Assembly: GCF_009914755.1 (NCBI RefSeq)
Contig: NC_060941.1
DNA from: the human T2T-CHM13v2.0 reference genome, Homo sapiens
Length of the DNA: 64,000 bases
Direction: 5' to 3' (one strand)
Of this stretch, positions 57,791-64,000 are shown piece by piece; positions within the stretch are counted from its first letter, which is position 1; each line of letters starts with the position of its first letter. Position numbers and translations under genes: made by a program. A model generated the notes under the pieces. The model saw only the letters and a list, made by a program, of their open reading frames with translations. It was not told the origin of the DNA and ran no database searches.

Positions 57791-59700
57791 AGAATAAAAT
57801 TTAGCTATTATCTCCTTTTGGAAAATTTTCAGAGCCTACCATGTGTTACCTCTGGACCTTGGGCAAACTTTGGTTATTTTGTGTAAAGTAATCTTTTATT
57901 TACTGTTTAGCTTCCCCACTAAACCACGAGCTCCTTGAATGTCTAGACTGGGTATTATTCTTTTCCACTTCTCTCGAGCCTAGCACAATGTCTAGAACAT
58001 AGGGAACATCAGTAAATGTTTGTTAAATCCACGTGCTGGGCAACTCATAACCCTGGAGATTGGCTGGTAGATTCCTGGACATGCTAAGCGTTGGTAAATT
58101 CTTGCAGACATAAAACTGAAATACGCCTCTCTGCAAACCAGAGAGCATCTGTCTGCCCTGCAGCAATGAGCTATGTGTCCTGCCTGAAACAGTGTTCTGC
58201 ATGTAAGGGGCACATTGCCTGAAATCATAGCCTCCAAGAAATGGTGTTCTTGCCTCATTGCTCTGGGGGGAACAATGGCCCCTGTTTGTTTAATCTCAGC
58301 CCATTGTGGCAGCCTTGACTGCACAGAGCTCACCTGTGATTCATGTGAATGTTACTTGAGCTCCCAGGAGTTTGCAGCCATAATTCAACATTTTGTTAAT
58401 AGCCACTTAAAATGTCCCTGAAATAGCTAACAGGCCCTGGGGAATGAAGTATTCTGCTAGGAAATCATTCCAAGAAAGCCATCTTGGCCCAAACTTTAGA
58501 AGATTCTATTACTTCCAATGCCTTCTTGCACTCTGTGAAAATACAAATGGGCATCTCTCAGGGACACCAAGGAAAAAGTGGAAACTGAAATTACCTACAC
58601 ATCATAGTGGGCAAGCTGGAGACCCTGCCCAATCACTCCTGCTCCAAGAGAGGCCCCTCAACTGCTATATCCCGTGAGGAAGGGGAAATACAAGGGAACA
58701 CAGTCCAGAGTATTCCAAGAAAAAAACCCTTTTCAGAGAACAGAAAGAAAGAGACAGAAATACATATAGTGCTGGATTAGAAGTCAAAAAGTTTGTGCGT
58801 AGGTGGGGATGACAAGAGAGAGAACGGTGAGAAAAATCTCACATAGGTTGAGGCCTACTGTGCTATGTAGTTTACAAATTATTTAATTCTCCCCAAATCT
58901 AATTAAACAACATACTCAGGGTCATCAAAGTTGTATACAATTGTAGTGTATAATCATTAGGTCATTCAGATAGTATATGAATCAATAAATAGTCTCTCTC
59001 CAGAGCTCCAGCTCTTATTCACTGCCATTTGCAAATTTGTCAATTACAGCAAACTTGGGCTGGACATTCAAAATCAAGTCACTGATTCAGAGGCAGAAGT
59101 TGAAGCTCTCAATGCTGACCTCTTGCCACCTGCTTCCTGAAACATATCTGTTTGCTATAAAGTTATCATTTCTTCCACCTAGAGTGAGATTTAAAATGGA
59201 GAAGTGGAGGTGGAAAGAGCTAGTACAGCAGAATCACATGCACACCTGGATAGGGATACTCATTTCCTCATGTGAGACCCCTGAGCCCACTAGTTGGCAA
59301 CTTGGAGAAATGTCAAGTGTTACCCTGGCAAGAAGAGACTTCTCCAGGTTCTCTACATTCCTGAAGCAAGTGCTATAGAATGGCTTGGCACTCCACCTGC
59401 ACGTTCCCAAGCACAGAATCAGGGTAAGAGAGAATGAAGAATTAGTGCAGACTGGCAGAGCTGGAAGGTTAGGAGTATCGTAATTATATGCCCAGCTCTC
59501 AGAGTGACTGGCCTGATTTCATTCAGCTCAGCCCTGCACAAAAAAAGCATGATGTCTTCACAGAGAACCCCTAAAGGGAATCAGAAAGCATGAACTCTAA
59601 TCCCTAATGGTGCCACTTTCTTACTGAGTGACGTTGTGCCAGTCACTAAGCTTCTCTGAGCCTAACCTATGTTCAACTGTGAAATAGACATATTGGTACA

Positions 59701-60363
59701 TGCTATGGTTTGAATATATATAGTATGTCCCCATAAAAACTCATGTTGAAGCTTGGTCCCAAATGTGATGGTGTTGGGAGGTGGTCCCTTTAAGGGGTGA
59801 TTACATCATTAAGATGAATTAATGTCTTTCTTGCTAGACTGGGTTACTTCTTGTAGGAATGAATTAGTTCCCATGAGAGCAGATTCTTATAAAGCAAGGT
59901 TGCCTATTGTGTTTTGCCTTTTTTGCATGCATCTGGTTCCCCTCCCATTTCTCTGCCATGTTTTGATGCAGCACAAGGCTCTCAGCAGACCTTTTCTTTT
60001 GATGAATATTCAGGTGGTTTCTGGGCTGATGTCATGCATCTTTGGAGATGCTGGTTTCAATGGGAGTACAGCCAGAACACTGGGCGTCAAACTTGTGAAT
60101 GAAACTTTGCCTTTTCAGGGAAAGATGGGCTTAGGATCTTATAGTCATGATGTTTGCATATCACAAGCACCATGTCTCTGGGATCTGGGCATATGTCTGT
60201 AGTAGGCCTGACTTTCCAGAAGCTTCCAGATGTGGCTGCTCAGTGTTGAGTTTCACATCCTGCAGAACCATAAGTTAACTAAACCTCTTTTTTTTTCTTT
60301 TTATAAATTACCCAGTCTCGGGTATTCTGTTATAGCAACACAAAACAGACTAAGACTAAGACA
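59701..60363 (+). mobile_element. MST (MSTB-like) solo LTR in a MIR, with an unexplained internal insert
   Basis: tgctatggtttgaat start, end tataaattacccagtctc...gactaagaca, 5-bp TSD gtaca/ataca. Confidence 0.88.
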
Positions 60364-60439
60364 ATACATTTTCCACTTTCAGAGTTACTGTGAGGATCAA
60401 ATAGCATCTTAGAAAGCATTTAGGATATAAAATCAGATA

Positions 60440-60660
60440 CCTCATTCATATCCTGCTTCCACCAATTACAAGATAAGTGACTGTAGGCCAATTCTTCCAC
60501 TTTTCTAAACCTCAGTTTTTTCCATACAAAAAAAAGATATGTCAACTATTATATATTTCACTTGGCTGTTGTGAAGACCAAATGAAGTATTCCATGTAAA
60601 GTGCATAGAACAGTGCCTGGGATACAGTATGTGCTCAGAAAATGTTAGCCATTATTAACA
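60440..60660 (+). mobile_element. MIR
   Basis: cctcagttttttccat...atgtaaagtgcatagaacagtgcctgg. Confidence 0.82.
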
Positions 60661-61794
60661 GGTTTTGTAAGCTACACAATGATGAACAAATAAAAGAACT
60701 TTTATTTGTGACAAGACCTGCATGTCTATAGTAGCTTAGGCTCAACTATAATAGCAGGAGCTGGGTCCCTGGCTTGATCACAGCCTCATTCCCCATACTT
60801 TCTGGGGACTTCCTGATACTACACTGTCAATATAGATTTCCAAAAAATCGTCTTGCTCCTGGATCTCCTGTCACTATGTTGTATCACCAGCTCATCTTAG
60901 TAATAATAACAGTAACAACAGTAACAAAACAGCTGACATTCCACATCTGGGATAACTTTTAAAGTTTTACTTATATTATTTCACTCAATTGCTGCAAACA
61001 ATCCTATGGGGTACCAGTATTATTATTATTATTTAATAGATGAGGATATTGAAGTCTGGAGGTGTTAAGTAATTTGTACAAGGTCAGGGAAACCTGGAAC
61101 CTACACCTGTCTGGCACTAAATTCCATGATTGTACCACGAGGCCAAAATACCTCATTATGTTATTATCTCAAGTGCCAGAGCTCTTCATTCTTCCAACAT
61201 TTGCCAAGCTCCCCAAGCTCAGATATCCCTTTGTTGTCTGTTATCAGTGCTCCTGGGCAGGACATTCTCTCTGCCAGATTAGCCTCCTTCCAAACTCCTA
61301 TAGCTGGGTCTATCTCTAGCCATACTAAACCTAGAGTTATCTCTAGTCCATAAACCTCTCAGTCTCTGCAGCCCTCCACATGGAACCCGGCCATGCCCAA
61401 CCACAACCCAAGATTTGCTCTCTAGGGTTGGCTCTAGCTCCCAGAATTTATGACAAATTCCTCTGGGAACTGCCTCTTGAGGAGCCATCCATACACACTT
61501 TAGGATGCCCAGGTCATTTAACAGCCCCTTCAATCCTTGGCTTCCACCAGCCACCCACTTCCCACACTTTCTCTGGATGAACTGAAATATCCACTCTTTT
61601 GTGTCTACAGTCTCATGTGGCACCATTCTTATTCCTGACTTCTGAGACACTTAGCTTCAAGACTACACAGTATTGGGAAATGGGGTGATTCTGCAGTCTG
61701 GATGTGCTGGATTGCATCTATTATCAGTTTTTTTTCCAGTGCTATCTGCCAATGTCCCTCACCTCTGACCCCAACTATCTGTGCAGGAAGGAAA

Positions 61795-62260
61795 TAAAGA
61801 CTCTCAGAGTTGGAAGTAACTTTAGAGGTCATTAAATCCAACCCTTTACCTGACATTGATCCACATCTGCAGCATTGCCAATAAGCAATTGTCTGGCCTC
61901 AGCTAGAGCTGATGGCAGGGTACAGGGTGCTCTAGACTCCTAGGACAACTCCTTCTAGTCTGCCGATATCCACTTATCTAAACTTTTACCCACACATTGG
62001 TGCTAGCTCTGCTCCCTGGCTTCACACAGAGAAAGTCACATTCCTCTTCTCTATGATTGCCTTCGAAGTGTTTTAAAACAGCTCTCATATTGCCCGTGAG
62101 CCACCCACTTCGCTTTTCATGCTAAGCTGTCTGAGTTCTTTCATACGCTCCTCATCGCTCGTGGTTTCTGTGACATATGAGGAGCATCACCTCTGGTCAG
62201 CCATACATCTCTCACTGCCTTCTACTTTATCGATGGGCCCAGGACACTGCCAACATCAAA
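61795..62260 (-). mobile_element. L3/CR1 LINE relic
   Basis: cagagttggaagtaactttagaggtcattaaatccaaccc and attcctcttctctatgattgccttcgaagtgtttt. Confidence 0.65.
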
Positions 62261-62761
62261 TGCATAGCCTCCTCTTCATGGCTTGAAGCCAGGCTGATGC
62301 ACATTCAGGAAGAAATGGAAGTGAAGGCTGGTAGAAGGGTAGGAAAGGGAAGTTTTCAGAGAGAGCAAACTTAGGAAATGAGAATGCAGGTGCTGATAAA
62401 AGTGTATGCTAGAATGTGAGCAGCTGAGAGTCACGTAACAGCTGGGAGAATGGGTATGGCTCAGCTCTTCGGAGAAGGGAAACCTTGGGAAGGGCTTTCT
62501 TTGGGCAAACAACTCTAAGGGGAACAAACCAGCTGTGCTTAGAGTAGTGAATCCCAATCAGAGAGATGCTCATTTGAGTTATGAGGGCCACCCTTGGGAA
62601 TTGTTATCGCCGTCTTGAGTTGAAAACACAGATTTTGAAAGTCCCAGGTTTAAAAGATTTTTGAAAAAGGTATTTTTTTCTTTCTAAACCAGACTTAGGT
62701 CCACATGCCTAGACTATTGTCCATGTTACCATATGGATAAAAAAGCTAAAACTAATCAATA

Positions 62762-63192
62762 CACAGGTTGGGTTCCCTATCAGAGCCTGAGATGGCACAC
62801 CTTCTACAGGTGATTTATTGAGGGAGTGTTCTCATAAAAAGCCTAGAAGCGGGAAGGGGAAGGTAGGGCGGGGGAAAAGGTAAGCATGAATGTGGTTTCA
62901 GGAGAAGTCCAGCTCAGCCTGATCCCACGGGAAACACTGAGTGTAAACTGCACCACAATGTATTCCATCTTGAGGTGAGATGACTGGCATTTCCTAATCC
63001 TGTCAGTCAGTCACTGGCCACTGGCTGCCCCCAGGTGGTGGGGAGGTGAATAACTTCCCAGGTATCTCCAGAAGAGGCAGCACCTGTCAACCAAGGGCCA
63101 GCCTCCCCACGAAGGGGACTGATTAAGCTGTTATGTGCTCTACCTACAGGTGCAGTAAAGAGGATCTGGGCTGACCAACAGTGTCTTCCACA
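62762..63192 (-). mobile_element. ERVL LTR, LTR16-like
   Basis: ggttgggttccc...agagcctgagatgg...gtgatttattgagggagtg...cagcctgatcccacggg. Confidence 0.6.
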
Positions 63193-63569
63193 GATACACT
63201 TGCTAATTCACGCATGGAAGACCCAGAGTGTATCACTCCCCTCAACTGCTGGACTACTGTGCTGCAAACTTTGAGTCAGAATGATGAGCTTCAGTCAGGC
63301 ATATCATGGCTCCTGAACAGGATTTTGAGAGCAAGATTCTGTGCCTCCCTCATCCTGCTGCAGCCTCTCAGTGCATCTAGGTGTTTCTGCTTCCATTGTA
63401 CATATCTATCAAAATAAAATTGTTATAATTAAACAAACAAATAAATAGATAAATAGATCTGGTGGCAAATGAACAGCAACTCCTCCCCACTCCCAACATA
63501 AGTTAAAGTTTGAGTTTCAGCAACAGATGTAGGATCAGAAAACAAATGTTTAATATGTTCTGTTGCATT

Positions 63570-63710
63570 AGAGCGGTACAGGTTGGCAAGTCCTTAGAAA
63601 CCACCTAATTCCACCCCTTCATTTTACAGATAAGCAAACTGAGGCCCATTGAGGCTTATTACCTTCCCAAAGGTTGTGCAACTAAATCTACAGAGGTCAT
63701 AAATCCAGGC
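63570..63710 (-). mobile_element. MIR/MIR3
   Basis: cccttcattttacagataagcaaactgaggccc. Confidence 0.8.
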
Positions 63711-64000
63711 AAATACGTTGCTTCTGTTTTATATGCTTAATTTCTTCTGAGCATAAATTTCAATGGCTACTGAGGCAATCAATAGAGAATATATCGAAAT
63801 CAGAAGAAAATAAGTACTGGGAGATGGAAAGATGCTTCAGCATCCAAAGAATGGCACTTTGGGGAATGCTGTCCTCAAATAAAGCCCAACCTGATAAACA
63901 GGCTTTTATCAGAGAATTTCAATTTATCAAATAATAACCATGTAGTATTTCTGAGCATTGGAGACAGCTGCTATCCAGCAACCACTAAGCCCAGTCTGTA

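Noticed and set aside
59385-59405. Possible CTCF sites (here and near 63025-63041)
   Set aside because: Only partial matches by eye; cannot be supported without PWM scoring or ChIP.

Overview
Primate (human-like) genomic DNA dominated by transposable elements, most consistent with an intergenic region or a long intron. I found no host protein-coding gene, RNA gene or CRISPR array. Positions 1-5674 hold a 5'-complete, disabled LINE-1 on the minus strand (L1PA3-like, retaining the 129-bp 5'UTR segment); its 3' end lies outside the window. The remainder is a mosaic of nine Alus, a nested stack of old L1M remnants (about 18-26 kb and 55-58 kb), solo LTRs (LTR12F-like, MER4-like, MST/MLT1, LTR16-like), hAT/Tigger MITEs, many MIR/L2/L3 relics and simple repeats, including a 668-nt almost pure purine tract. 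Between the repeats are several motif-dense blocks that could be enhancers and a few candidate non-coding exons. The ORF track is explained by L1 fragments, repeats and chance ORFs. I see no evidence of an undescribed biological system; the best leads are TE-derived promoters, unusual insertion architectures, non-B DNA and candidate regulatory elements. Repeat subfamily names come from recalled consensus sequences and boundaries of old repeats are approximate; confirm with RepeatMasker/Dfam.
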